Source: Flavobacteriales bacterium (GTDB lineage: Bacteria; Bacteroidota; Bacteroidia; Flavobacteriales_F; PHOS-HE28). Taken from it: 64,000 nucleotides of DNA. Within the stretch, counting starts at the first letter, position 1, and every line of letters starts with the position of its first letter. The notes under the pieces are model-generated. The model had not been told where the DNA came from. It did no database searches and was given only the letters and a program-made list of their open reading frames with translations. The stretch is from assembly GCA_016787985.1 (NCBI GenBank), contig JAEUTC010000043.1:17145-81144 (forward strand). The letters are read 5' to 3'. Below, piece by piece: positions 19,469 to 28,448 of the stretch. Made by a program: the position numbers and the translations under genes.

Positions 19469-20101
19469 CTAGAAGTTGAATCCCACATGCAAACCCGGTT
19501 CGCCGAGGATGAACTTGGACCACTTGTCGTCCAGCTGCTTGAAGCCATCCGGTAACCGTGTGTGGTAGGCCCGGTGCGTGATGGCGATGGACGGTTGGAA
19601 GAAGAAACGGTCCTTGAAGAGCTTGATGTGATAGCCGGCCCGGTAGGTGTTGAAGACCTGGAACCCGCCATCGATCTTGTTCCCTTGGTCGTTCACGAAG
19701 TCCTGCAAGGTGGGCATCACGTTCAGCTCGGCATAGAGGCCCTTCCAAAAGAAGCGTTGATAGGAAAGCGAAAGGCCATACTCGCGCACATACCCTGGGA
19801 ATTTCTCTTCCGGCTTTTCGTAGGCATTGTTGAGGAACGGATGTATACCATTGGGCCAGGCATACTTCCAGGTCTTGGGTTCCACGGTGATCACATCCCG
19901 ACCCGTGAGGCGATAGCCGATGTTGAGTTGAAAGAAATCCGGTGGATTGTCGGTGGGCGCCAGGTTACCCACCAGCACGAAAAGGCTGGTTCCCACGAAC
20001 CAGCGCTTGTAGGTGCTGTCCGTTCTCGAGTATTGTGCTTGGAGGTTGAACGAGCTGGTCATCACCAGCGCAAGAATCACGAGTCCGATGTTCTTCTTCA
20101 T
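19469..20101 (-). CDS. outer-membrane beta-barrel protein, paralogue A
   Basis: About 210 aa from MKKNIGLVILALVMTSSFNLQAQ (signal peptide); ends ...GLHVGFNF; roughly 45% identical to the downstream paralogue. Confidence 0.7.
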   Translation of the reverse strand: MKKNIGLVILALVMTSSFNLQAQYSRTDSTYKRWFVGTSLFVLVGNLAPTDNPPDFFQLNIGYRLTGRDVITVEPKTWKYAWPNGIHPFLNNAYEKPEEKFPGYVREYGLSLSYQRFFWKGLYAELNVMPTLQDFVNDQGNKIDGGFQVFNTYRAGYHIKLFKDRFFFQPSIAITHRAYHTRLPDGFKQLDDKWSKFILGEPGLHVGFNF

Positions 20102-20161
20102 CACTTCTTCTGTTGTTTTCAACGACGGCGCAAAACAAGACCGGCGATGGGCCTCCACTCG

Positions 20162-20175
20162 TTCACTTTGGTGAA
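20162..20175. promoter_or_regulatory. 14-bp palindrome TTCACTTTGGTGAA about 65 bp upstream of OMP paralogue A (candidate Crp/Fnr-family or AraC operator)
   Basis: Inverted repeat TTCAC-N4-GTGAA embedded in a roughly 60-bp block conserved with the equivalent position upstream of paralogue B. Confidence 0.4.
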
Positions 20176-20317
20176 GGAATGCGCCACACGAACGCCTTTT
20201 TCCGGATGCTCCCGAGCCATGCAGGCATCGCCAGCACGCTCGTGCTACGCAGGACCGCATGGAAAATGAACCGACCCGTTGGTCGAGGATGACAGCCTGT
20301 CTGCCGCCCCTGGTCCT

Positions 20318-20935
20318 CTAGAAATTGAACCCGAAGTGAAGGCCTGGCTGGATGAAGTAGTTGGGCCATCTACTTTCCACGGCCTTGAACACTTCAGGAA
20401 CCTTCGTCCGTACCGGCCAATAGCTACAGCCCATGGCTGGCTCGAAGAAGAACCGGTTCTCCCAGAACCTGAACTGATAACCCAGGTGGAAGTTCAGGTA
20501 CAAGGTGTACCCATTGCCGATCTTCTTTTTGTCCTGATCCATGTATTTCTCGAAGGCGTTCAAGGCATAGATGGAAGTATAGACCCCTTTCCACCAGAAG
20601 CGCTGGTAGCCCACGGTTGGCGCCAGTATGCGCGCATGGCCGGGGTAGTTCAGGCCGGGTGCATCGAATGAGGGACCGAATGGAATACCGATCGGCCACG
20701 CGTAGATGGATCGTTTGAACTCGATCGAGATCACATCCTTCGGGGTTAGCCGATAGCCCACGTTCAACTGGACGTACTCAGGTTTGTTGACCCGATCCAG
20801 ATTCCCGAGCAAGTACAGTGAACTCCCAACGTACCACCGCCGATAGGTGCTGTCCTGCAGGGCAGTTGCAGCGCGGAGTTGGAGCGTGCTGGCCATCAAG
20901 ATCACAAAACCAATGAGAGTGCTTTTCTTCTGCAT
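20318..20935 (-). CDS. outer-membrane beta-barrel protein, paralogue B
   Basis: 205 aa; signal peptide MQKKSTLIGFVILMASTLQLRAA; ends ...GLHFGFNF; collinear similarity with paralogue A throughout. Confidence 0.7.
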   Translation of the reverse strand: MQKKSTLIGFVILMASTLQLRAATALQDSTYRRWYVGSSLYLLGNLDRVNKPEYVQLNVGYRLTPKDVISIEFKRSIYAWPIGIPFGPSFDAPGLNYPGHARILAPTVGYQRFWWKGVYTSIYALNAFEKYMDQDKKKIGNGYTLYLNFHLGYQFRFWENRFFFEPAMGCSYWPVRTKVPEVFKAVESRWPNYFIQPGLHFGFNF

Positions 20936-20992
20936 GCTACCCTACGTGTTGATCGAGGCCGCAAAAGAAGACCGGCGGGTCGCCCCACCGCG

Positions 20993-21006
20993 TTCACTTA
21001 AGTGAA
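20993..21006. promoter_or_regulatory. perfect 14-bp palindrome TTCACTTAAGTGAA upstream of OMP paralogue B
   Basis: Exact TTCAC-TTAA-GTGAA palindrome; the flanking block aagaccggcg...cgttcactt..gtgaaggaatgc is shared with the paralogue A upstream region. Confidence 0.45.
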
Positions 21007-21013
21007 GGAATGC

Positions 21014-21595
21014 TCAGCCCCTCTCCTTCTCGATGATCCGTGCCCTGAGCCGGCTCAACGATTGGGGGGTGATGCCCAGGAAGCTCGCCAGCTGGTGCTG
21101 TGGCACACGCTGAACGAGGTCCGGACGTGTGCGCAATAGGTTCAAGTACCGCTGTTCGGGTGATGAGGTCTTGAACGCATCGAACTCCACGCGCTCCTTC
21201 GCCAGTAGCTCTTCGGAAAGCACCTTACACAGCGTCTCGAAGCGCGGGAAACGGCTATTCATGTCCACCTCCAGGTCCGCGTCCGAAACGGTCAGGATGG
21301 TGTCTTCCACACAACTGATGGAATACTCGGAGGGCGTTCGGCTCACCACGCACGGTGGTGTCAAGGCCTCCAGCTCGCTATAGAAGGAGGTGGTCCGCTC
21401 CTCGCCATCCACGATGTAGTAGGTGCGGATGCAGCCTTCCAATACGAAGTAGCTGTTCCGCGATCGTTCTCCGGCGTTGAGCAGTATGGTCCCTTTCTTC
21501 ACCGTTCGGAAGATGTCCAAGGAACCGACCACGCTCTTCTCCTCCTCCGTCAAGGTCATGTACTTGGCGATGAAGGCGAAGAGTTTGTTCTGCAT
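21014..21595 (-). CDS. Crp/Fnr family transcriptional regulator
   Basis: 193 aa; N-terminal cNMP-binding-like beta-roll (GTILLNAGERSRNSYFVLEGCIRTYY) and C-terminal HTH (QHQLASFLGITPQSLSRLRARI). Confidence 0.85.
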   Translation of the reverse strand: MQNKLFAFIAKYMTLTEEEKSVVGSLDIFRTVKKGTILLNAGERSRNSYFVLEGCIRTYYIVDGEERTTSFYSELEALTPPCVVSRTPSEYSISCVEDTILTVSDADLEVDMNSRFPRFETLCKVLSEELLAKERVEFDAFKTSSPEQRYLNLLRTRPDLVQRVPQHQLASFLGITPQSLSRLRARIIEKERG

Positions 21596-21769
21596 GGATC
21601 ACCGGTCCAGTCTTCGACGGTCATGCGCTACACCCCGCTGATCTTCTTGCGCCACAACCGAACAGACAGCAAAGGTACCGACTCAACACGAGGCGTGCTA
21701 AACGTGGGCTACGGACCTAAGGACCGCAAATCCTGGAACACCTGGCCCCAGGAGAAGGCCGGCACCCGA

Positions 21770-23149
21770 TCACTCCTTCAACTTCACACGCACCTTCTCG
21801 CCATCAGCAGTGATCCGGACCAACGCGTAGTTGCTCACGTTCGCGGGAGAGCCCCAATGCCTCACATCCATCGTCGGCGTAGCGGTGCCCGAACCATCGG
21901 GGTACACGGTAACCGTGTAGCCCCCTGTGGGGGTTTGGGTGGTGTGGGTGTACTTGGTCGCCACGAATTGCACGATCACATGGTATTCACCGGGCTTCAG
22001 GTGCTGGAACGAGAAGCCTCCCCGGTCATCGGTGACCTCGGTGAGCAGGGTCTGTTCCTTCACTTCCAACGGCAGCGGGAAACCTGCGCAGCCGTTGAGC
22101 ACCTGGCCAGCCACGATGGTCGGGGGGAATTTGGTGCGGACGGCGGTGTTGAAGGCCAGCCACTCCTTGAAGTACGGCGTTTGGGGAATGAGCATCACGA
22201 TGCTGCCCTTGGGCGCAAGGATCCTCTTGGGCCGATCCAGCAAGGCCCCGGGCATGCCTTCGTCCGTGGTGTACGCCTGGCCTTCGATGCTGGAATTGCC
22301 CGCGCTGATCATCGCCCGGGCCGCGGCCGCATCGAACGGGGTCACGATGGGGTTGCGGTCGGCTTGCGTATCCATGTAGGTCACGCCGAAGGAGCCGGGG
22401 TCCTTGCTCACGAACAGGATCCTCCGCGACTCCTTCTCGATCACGATCTTGTACGTGTTCGTCGCGGTCAACGTATTACGGAGTTCCACCACGAAGACGT
22501 CCACCACCTCGCCGATGGCACACGACGGCATCTTCATCTCCTGCAAGCTCTCGATCTCCCAGCGCATCACCTTCGTGCGGTAGCCGTCATCGAAGGTCAC
22601 CTGCGGGATCAGGGCCCGGTAGCCCGCCTTCAGGGGCAATAGGCTGACCAGGAACTCCAACGAACTCCCCAGGAAGAACGGCTCTTCGAGGGGTTCATCG
22701 AAATGCTCCTTCTCCCCTGTCCTGTACACCTCGATATCGCCCTTCAATGTCTTGCCGCAGACCAGGTCGTACGAGAAGCCCACCGTCTCGGCCTGCGCAC
22801 GGATGGGCCCGAAGGTGCGGGCGTCCAACACGAGTTTCCGTTTCACCACATCCGCACCCTGCTCCGTATACCGCTCTTCGATCACGATCTCGCCCGCCGT
22901 GCGGCTGATGGTCACGAACCGTTGATCCGGCTTCTGGGGTTCTCCGGAAGCGAATAGACCGCCGGTCGGTCGTTCCCACACGAAACTGCCGGTGTGCAAC
23001 AGCGCCGTGTTGAGGCTGGCACTACCGGGCAGCACGATATCGGGCTTTTGCGCCACCACACGGGTGGGAGCCATGAGCAGTACCGCCATTGCGGTCGAGA
23101 GGGCGAAGGAGACGCGGAACACCATTCCAGCTGATAGCATGTTGATCAT
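21770..23149 (-). CDS. secreted hypothetical protein with a C-terminal carboxypeptidase-regulatory-like beta-sandwich
   Basis: 459 aa; signal peptide (AVLLMAPTRVVAQ); the C-terminal GGFSFQHLKPGEYHVIVQFV segment is typical of CarbopepD_reg-like domains. Confidence 0.55.
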   Translation of the reverse strand: MINMLSAGMVFRVSFALSTAMAVLLMAPTRVVAQKPDIVLPGSASLNTALLHTGSFVWERPTGGLFASGEPQKPDQRFVTISRTAGEIVIEERYTEQGADVVKRKLVLDARTFGPIRAQAETVGFSYDLVCGKTLKGDIEVYRTGEKEHFDEPLEEPFFLGSSLEFLVSLLPLKAGYRALIPQVTFDDGYRTKVMRWEIESLQEMKMPSCAIGEVVDVFVVELRNTLTATNTYKIVIEKESRRILFVSKDPGSFGVTYMDTQADRNPIVTPFDAAAARAMISAGNSSIEGQAYTTDEGMPGALLDRPKRILAPKGSIVMLIPQTPYFKEWLAFNTAVRTKFPPTIVAGQVLNGCAGFPLPLEVKEQTLLTEVTDDRGGFSFQHLKPGEYHVIVQFVATKYTHTTQTPTGGYTVTVYPDGSGTATPTMDVRHWGSPANVSNYALVRITADGEKVRVKLKE

Positions 23150-23548
23150 CGTTCATCGATCCAACGGCACACCACCACGGATAAAGGCGGAAACGCCCCT
23201 AAAAGAACCGTGATACGCGTGGGATCATCGCGGCAAGCGGGAGAAGCGCATCAAGACCGGGAGAGGTCGATCCTTCTTCACCTGAACACCTTTGCCGAGC
23301 GGTGCCAAAAGTATGCCAGTGATCCTATCGCCTTTGGGGAACAGGGCTTCCGCGTTGAACCGCCGGTCACAAAGCCGGGACGCGTTCGGCATAGCATGCC
23401 CCGCCGTTGGCGCACAGTACCTGAGTTGAGCGAAGCTGTTCAGCGCCACTCGAAAAGCGTGACAGGATGTTCGAAGAAACCTACTAACCAAAGAAAGACT
23501 GCTCAGACCTTGAAGCTGTTCTAGGACGTGTCACTCGGGCAATCCTAC

Positions 23549-23938
23549 TCATTCTAATCGTGACTTCCATGCACAAGCCCTAGCCCCCGATCTTAAAACG
23601 CGCATTGGCGATGAGCCGTAGATGAGCAGCGGCACCAATACGACTATGCTTAGGATGGTACATTTAGCCAGCTTTTCGCCTGTGCTGTAGGTGGCGCCTT
23701 TGGTCCACAGTAGAACTACGGATGCCAGCCAGAACACCCCGGCACTGCCGCCGGCAGCGAGCAGGTGACCCAAGCCATCCAGGTAGTCATGTGCCAGGGC
23801 TAGTGAAAGACCGAAAGCAAGGAGCGTTCCGCCGAGAAAGGAAGCCACAATGCCCACGAGCACCCCATTGCTCATGGTGGACCGGTGGAGCCACCGGAGA
23901 CAAAGAACCAGCACGGCAACGTTCAGGAGAACGGACAT
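23549..23938 (-). CDS. hypothetical integral membrane protein
   Basis: 129-aa ORF with 3-4 predicted transmembrane helices; no motif recognised. Confidence 0.4.
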   Translation of the reverse strand: MSVLLNVAVLVLCLRWLHRSTMSNGVLVGIVASFLGGTLLAFGLSLALAHDYLDGLGHLLAAGGSAGVFWLASVVLLWTKGATYSTGEKLAKCTILSIVVLVPLLIYGSSPMRVLRSGARACAWKSRLE

Positions 23939-24023
23939 CCGCGTTGTTCAAGGTTGGTTCAGCAAGCTCTTCGTAGCCGCTTCGATGAAGCGGGTCTAGT
24001 TCGTTCGCAGCCGTGGTTCGCGG

Positions 24024-24218
24024 TCAGCCCTCCGTCTTCTCCTCCTTCTTCCCCCGCAGGATCAAGAACAGCGAGAGCCCAAAGCCGAACATATAGACCA
24101 AGGCGAGGGGCAGGTGCCGGAAGCGGAGGGTCTCGAAGTCGAACTCCCTGAAGAGGGAGATGCCGATGATGAGGGTGATGACCTGCATCGGGAAGGACGC
24201 GGCGAGGAGCTTCTTCAT
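24024..24218 (-). CDS. small membrane protein (hypothetical)
   Basis: 64-aa ORF with two hydrophobic helices; lies between direct repeat R1 and the upstream gene. Confidence 0.3.
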   Translation of the reverse strand: MKKLLAASFPMQVITLIIGISLFREFDFETLRFRHLPLALVYMFGFGLSLFLILRGKKEEKTEG

Positions 24219-24242
24219 GGTGGTGAGACTTAAGCGGTGGGG

Positions 24243-24283
24243 TCCATCACCCGTTCGCGCACGGGCTGGGCGAGGTTGTCTTC
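24243..24283. repeat. direct repeat R1: partial copy of the 3' end of the acetyltransferase gene
   Basis: tccatcacccgttcgcgcacgggctgggcgaggttgtcttc matches 24820-24860 (about 36/40 nt); on the minus strand it encodes ...NLAQPVRERVMDPTA*. Confidence 0.8.
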
Positions 24284-24758
24284 AATTATCGTCGGTACAA
24301 CTTCGGCACCGCTTCATGCTGATGATCTCTCCGTTCCTGAACTCAGCCCTGAAGCCGATGCTTCTCTTCCAAAGCAGTCGTTCGTATGTCTTCGCCGCTA
24401 CAAGAACGAAGTCGTATTTGGTGGTGTCAAGTGGAAAATCAATGACTTGGAACTCCACAATGCCAACAGACCCTTTCAAAAATGCCCAACGCTCATAAGC
24501 CCTGGTGCTTTGCGCGATGAATTCGTCAAACTGAGGAATGTAGCGCGCATAGTCCTGCACGAATGCATTTAAACGGTCAAGTTGTGCCTGGTCAACGTTC
24601 TTCTTCGGCGCCCTGAAATAGACGTCACAAGAGATCGTTTGATGAGGGAATGGCCAAGTGAAATGATAGTTCTCCCTACCAGACCAACTTCGAACGAATG
24701 AGAGGTCATTCCTAACCTGCTCAAGGTTCATAAGTGGAGGTGAGAATTGCTCCATCAC
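24282..24758 (-). CDS. hypothetical protein encoded on a low-GC insert
   Basis: 158-aa ORF with visibly lower G+C (about 48% by eye) than its flanks, bounded by repeats R1/R2; no recognisable motif. Confidence 0.5.
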   Translation of the reverse strand: MMEQFSPPLMNLEQVRNDLSFVRSWSGRENYHFTWPFPHQTISCDVYFRAPKKNVDQAQLDRLNAFVQDYARYIPQFDEFIAQSTRAYERWAFLKGSVGIVEFQVIDFPLDTTKYDFVLVAAKTYERLLWKRSIGFRAEFRNGEIISMKRCRSCTDDN

Positions 24759-24815
24759 AGTTCGCTAGATGGGACTAAAGTCTGGTTACCTAGTTGGAGG
24801 GTCAATACTCGTTGG

Positions 24816-25391
24816 TCATTCCATCACCCGCTCGCGCACGGGCTGGGCGGGGTTGCCTTGGTAGATGGTGTAGGGCTCCAGGTCCTTGGTGGCCACGCTT
24901 CCGGCGGCCAACACACTGTGGCTCTTGAGGGTGACGCCCAGGGTGACGATGGCCCCCGCTCCCACCCAGCTGCCATCTTCCAACACCACCGGCTTGGTGT
25001 AGGTGGGGTAATCCACCTTCTTGTAATCGTGGCTACCCTGGATGATCATGGCGCCCTGGCTGATCACCACGTTGTTGCCGATGGTGAGGGTATCGAGGTT
25101 ATCCAACCAGGCACGCTGACCGATCCAGCTGTGGTGGCCGATGCTGAGCTTCCACGGGAACTTGATGTTCACGCTGGGGTGGATGACCACACCTTGCCCC
25201 ACGTGCGCGCCGAACAGCCGCAGCAGACCGGGTTTCGGCGAGCGGAACGGGAAGGCCGGGTTCTGGAAGATGAGGGCGTTGACGAAGAACCACAAGGTGC
25301 GTTTGAACACACCGGCGCCGGGGTGGAAGGTCTTCGAGTTATCGAAGCGGCTGAGGTCTACCTGGGGGCGTGCGGTCATGGTTTTGGCCAT
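24816..25391 (-). CDS. hexapeptide-repeat (LbH) acetyltransferase, WcaF-like
   Basis: 191 aa; left-handed beta-helix hexapeptide repeats (VVIHPSVNIKF, IGNNVVISQGAMII, VGAGAIVTLGVTL); typical of polysaccharide O-acetyltransferases. Confidence 0.8.
   Translation of the reverse strand: MAKTMTARPQVDLSRFDNSKTFHPGAGVFKRTLWFFVNALIFQNPAFPFRSPKPGLLRLFGAHVGQGVVIHPSVNIKFPWKLSIGHHSWIGQRAWLDNLDTLTIGNNVVISQGAMIIQGSHDYKKVDYPTYTKPVVLEDGSWVGAGAIVTLGVTLKSHSVLAAGSVATKDLEPYTIYQGNPAQPVRERVME
24820..24860. repeat. direct repeat R2: the native 3' end of the acetyltransferase gene, partner of R1
   Basis: tccatcacccgctcgcgcacgggctgggcggggttgccttg, encoding ...NPAQPVRERVME*. Confidence 0.8.
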
Positions 25392-25639
25392 CCTTCCAAG
25401 AGTATCACATTCACATCACCATCCAAGACCCTGAAGTCCTTATCGGCCGTTAGCAGTGGCACATCCTTGCGCAACGCCGTTGCTGCGATGATGGCGTCAA
25501 CGACCGCCATGTTGTGCTTCCTTCGAATGCCGATGGCCAGGTCTGGCAACCCTGGTCCATATTCAAGGGAACTAGTGCCGACCACGACGCATAGCTTTCT
25601 GTTGTACCACGGGATCACCTTCAAAAGGGATCGTCCCAA
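25376..25639 (-). pseudogene. PIN-domain (VapC-like) toxin remnant: C-terminal half only
   Basis: 87-aa ORF; the segment AVVDAIIAATALRKDVPLLTADKDFRVLDGDVNVILL matches the C-terminal half of PIN domains. No intact N-terminal half or antitoxin is visible; roughly 490 bp of apparently non-coding sequence follows. Confidence 0.45.
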
Positions 25640-26128
25640 CGAAGCGCGAGACGCTGGCCCCCTTGCGCTGTTTCCGGGCCAACCGCTTCAATGCAGCGGT
25701 AAGTTGGCCCTTCAGCAGTTCTCCTTCGCGCAGTACTATCATGATCGTGATCGGTAGTCTTCAAAGATACCGGTTCCTTGACATCCAAGCCAGCAAGGAG
25801 GGCCTCACCGCGTTGCGTCGGATGCGCGGTATCACACAAGGACTGGACCTGCGCCTTGCCACAACAGGCTGCGGAACTGTGTGTCGGGATCTGCAACACA
25901 CTGTTGTTAGCCACTACCAGAAGAAAGAGCGCGAAGCGCCAGGCAAAGCTCGCCATGCGAGCGATTCCTCTGCGTTCTCTGCGCCTCTGCGTGAGGAAGC
26001 GAGGGACGCTCTCAAGCCCAACCCATCCATGCCCAAGAACTTGCATCGCTTTTGCCGGTCGAAAGGCACTGCGCGGCCCTCTCACACTTCCTTTGCCGCA
26101 AAGCGCGCACGTTATCGCCAACGAACAG

Positions 26129-27271
26129 TCATGGCGCGAACATCCGGAAACTGCGCTCCACCGGAGCGGGATCGTTCAAATATCTGGTTCCCATGGCGTA
26201 GGCACCACGGGCCAGTGCATCGTAGGCGGCTTGGTCCATGTCCACGGCGGTCTGTAAGGCACGCTCGAAAGCGGTCTCGTCGGTGAGGGGCAGGTCCCAG
26301 CCGGCTTGTTGCGCTGCGAGGTCCTTCCACGGTGTGCGGTCGCTGATGAGCAGGGGCCTACCGGCGGTAAGGGCCTCCAGCATGGTATGCCCGAAATTCT
26401 CACCCACGCTGGGCATGTAGAGGAAGTGGGCATCGGCGAGGGCTACGGCCACTTGATCGTTGGGCAACTGGCCACGCCACTCCACCACCACGCTGCTGGG
26501 TAACTGGGCGATGGCCTGCTGGCATTCGGCCCAATAGTCCTGATCGTAGATGGTGCCGTACAATTCGTAGCGGATGCGACCCTTCAAGCGCGTGAGGCGT
26601 TCGATGGCGAAAAGCGTATTCTTCTCTTCCGCGATGCGCGCGAGGCTGATGAGGCGGAGTTCGCCGGCGCATTTCTGCACGGGCAGCGGTTCCTGTTCCG
26701 GCGTTTTGCGCGCGAGGTTCTGCACCAGGTGGATGCGGGTGGCCTTGCCGATCCAGCGTTGGATATCGGCCACCTCTTCGGCGTTGGTGGCCTGGAATTC
26801 CACGCCCTTGAAACAGCCGAGCACCTTCATGCCGAAGAGGAAGAGGCGTTTCTTCAGGCGGCTTTGCTGCATAGGTCCGGCGGCGAGCATGCCACGCACG
26901 GCCACGATGCGCCGCGTGTCGCTGCCGCGCAATAGCCACAGCGGCACGATGGTGGACCATACCGAGAACAACCCGTTGATGTAGACCACATCCCACTGTT
27001 CCTGGTGGATGAGCCGTTGCCACACCTGGCGTGTGCGTTGCGCGGGCGAGGCGTGGTAGACCTGTTCGCCAGCGTCGGCGGTGGTCCACTGGTCGGTGGG
27101 CACCTGCGCTTCGTTGGTGGTGGCGGTGTAGTCGCGGTCGCCGGTGACGATGTGGAAGTGAACGCGGGTGCCGAGGTGCTCCACGAGGTTCACCATGCTG
27201 CGCACGGGACCACCGGCCTTGAAGTACGGTTTGTACCAATCGATGAAGGCGAGTACCCGTGGTGTGCTCAC
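26129..27271 (-). CDS. family 4 glycosyltransferase (GT-B fold)
   Basis: 380 aa (GTG start); C-terminal GT4 signature (LYMPSVGENFGHTMLEALTAGRPLLISD); 4-nt overlap with the upstream GT4 gene. Confidence 0.8.
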   Translation of the reverse strand: MSTPRVLAFIDWYKPYFKAGGPVRSMVNLVEHLGTRVHFHIVTGDRDYTATTNEAQVPTDQWTTADAGEQVYHASPAQRTRQVWQRLIHQEQWDVVYINGLFSVWSTIVPLWLLRGSDTRRIVAVRGMLAAGPMQQSRLKKRLFLFGMKVLGCFKGVEFQATNAEEVADIQRWIGKATRIHLVQNLARKTPEQEPLPVQKCAGELRLISLARIAEEKNTLFAIERLTRLKGRIRYELYGTIYDQDYWAECQQAIAQLPSSVVVEWRGQLPNDQVAVALADAHFLYMPSVGENFGHTMLEALTAGRPLLISDRTPWKDLAAQQAGWDLPLTDETAFERALQTAVDMDQAAYDALARGAYAMGTRYLNDPAPVERSFRMFAP

Positions 27272-28365
27272 CGCTTCAGCAGGGTTTGGTCGGCCAATTC
27301 AGCCCAGCGCTCGGGAGTCCAGGTGGCGCCCAGTTCTGCGGAGCGGTCGCCCATGCGCAGGAGCTCGGCGTCGGGGGTGCCGATGATGCGGAGCAGGCAT
27401 TGCTGCAGGTCGGCCTTATCGCCGGCCTTGTGCAGTGCGCCGTTCACGCCGGGTTCCAAGAAGCGTTCGCCCGCGCCCACGGCATCGCTGAGGAGCAGTG
27501 GTAACCCGATGCAGGCGTGCTCCTGCACCACCACGCCCCAAGGTTCGTAGAGGCTGGGCAACACGGAGGCACCGGCTTCGGCCAGCACAGCGGGGATATC
27601 CGTGGCCTGCACGAAGCCACGGTGGACGATGCGCGGGTGTCGGCCGCTGGCGCTGTTCTTCACCTGTTCGTGGAGTTCACCGGTGCCCACGAGGTGCAGC
27701 TCCCAATCGCCCGCGCGGCCATGGTCGCACAGTTCGGCGAAAGCGTCGCAGAGCAGTTGCTGGCCTTTGGTGGGGATGTAGCGCGCCACGTGGATGAAGC
27801 GGTGCGGATAGCGCTGCTGGCGTGCTAGGCGCGCGGCATGGAAAGCCTCGCGGAAGGGCGTGGTATCGGCGGCGTACAGACCGGTGAGGATGCGGCTCGC
27901 GGGCAGGCCTAGCTTGCGTGCATAAGCCACCTGACGCGTACCGGTGGCCCAGATGTGGCTGTAGGTGCGCGGCATCCACAGGCGTGCGAGCGCGGCGGAG
28001 ATCCATTGTTTGGCATCGCCCCGCCAGGCTGTATCGAGGTTCATGCTGGTGGGGATGCCTTGGCGGCGCATGGCGCGGCACACCTTGAGGTAGCCTTTGT
28101 CCACCCAGCCGCTGGCGATCACGAACTGCGGTTGGAGGTCGAGTGCGAAGGCGAGCAAGCATTCGTCGCTGAAGTCGCGGCGGTCGTGCAGGGTGATGCC
28201 GGGGTGTGCGCCGAGGGCGAAGGGGGCTTCGGCATTCACCGGCCAGCGCACGAGTTGGATGCGGGCACCGGTGCGGGCCACGAGGGCATCGAGACAGGCG
28301 AGCACGTAGGGTGCGATCTCGGTATAGAGCACCAGCACCCGGGGTTCGTTGCGCGTAGGTTCCAC
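27268..28365 (-). CDS. family 4 glycosyltransferase (GT-B fold)
   Basis: 365 aa; the EPWGVVVQEHACIGLPLLLSDAVGA E-x7-E-like motif region. Confidence 0.8.
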   Translation of the reverse strand: MEPTRNEPRVLVLYTEIAPYVLACLDALVARTGARIQLVRWPVNAEAPFALGAHPGITLHDRRDFSDECLLAFALDLQPQFVIASGWVDKGYLKVCRAMRRQGIPTSMNLDTAWRGDAKQWISAALARLWMPRTYSHIWATGTRQVAYARKLGLPASRILTGLYAADTTPFREAFHAARLARQQRYPHRFIHVARYIPTKGQQLLCDAFAELCDHGRAGDWELHLVGTGELHEQVKNSASGRHPRIVHRGFVQATDIPAVLAEAGASVLPSLYEPWGVVVQEHACIGLPLLLSDAVGAGERFLEPGVNGALHKAGDKADLQQCLLRIIGTPDAELLRMGDRSAELGATWTPERWAELADQTLLKR

Positions 28366-28448
28366 GGTGGAAGCGAAGGTGCCAAATGTACCGTTGCGGC
28401 GGACAGGCTTGGAGGGCGGGTACCTAACGGTGCTGGGTTGAATGCACT

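Noticed and set aside
21623-22642. 339-aa plus-strand ORF
   Set aside because: Antisense to the 459-aa secreted-protein gene; low-complexity composition rich in R, G and H.
25621-26121. 166-aa minus-strand ORF
   Set aside because: Implausible composition (Arg/Ala/Gly/Cys-rich) and no motif; the region is treated as a degraded intergenic/TA remnant instead.
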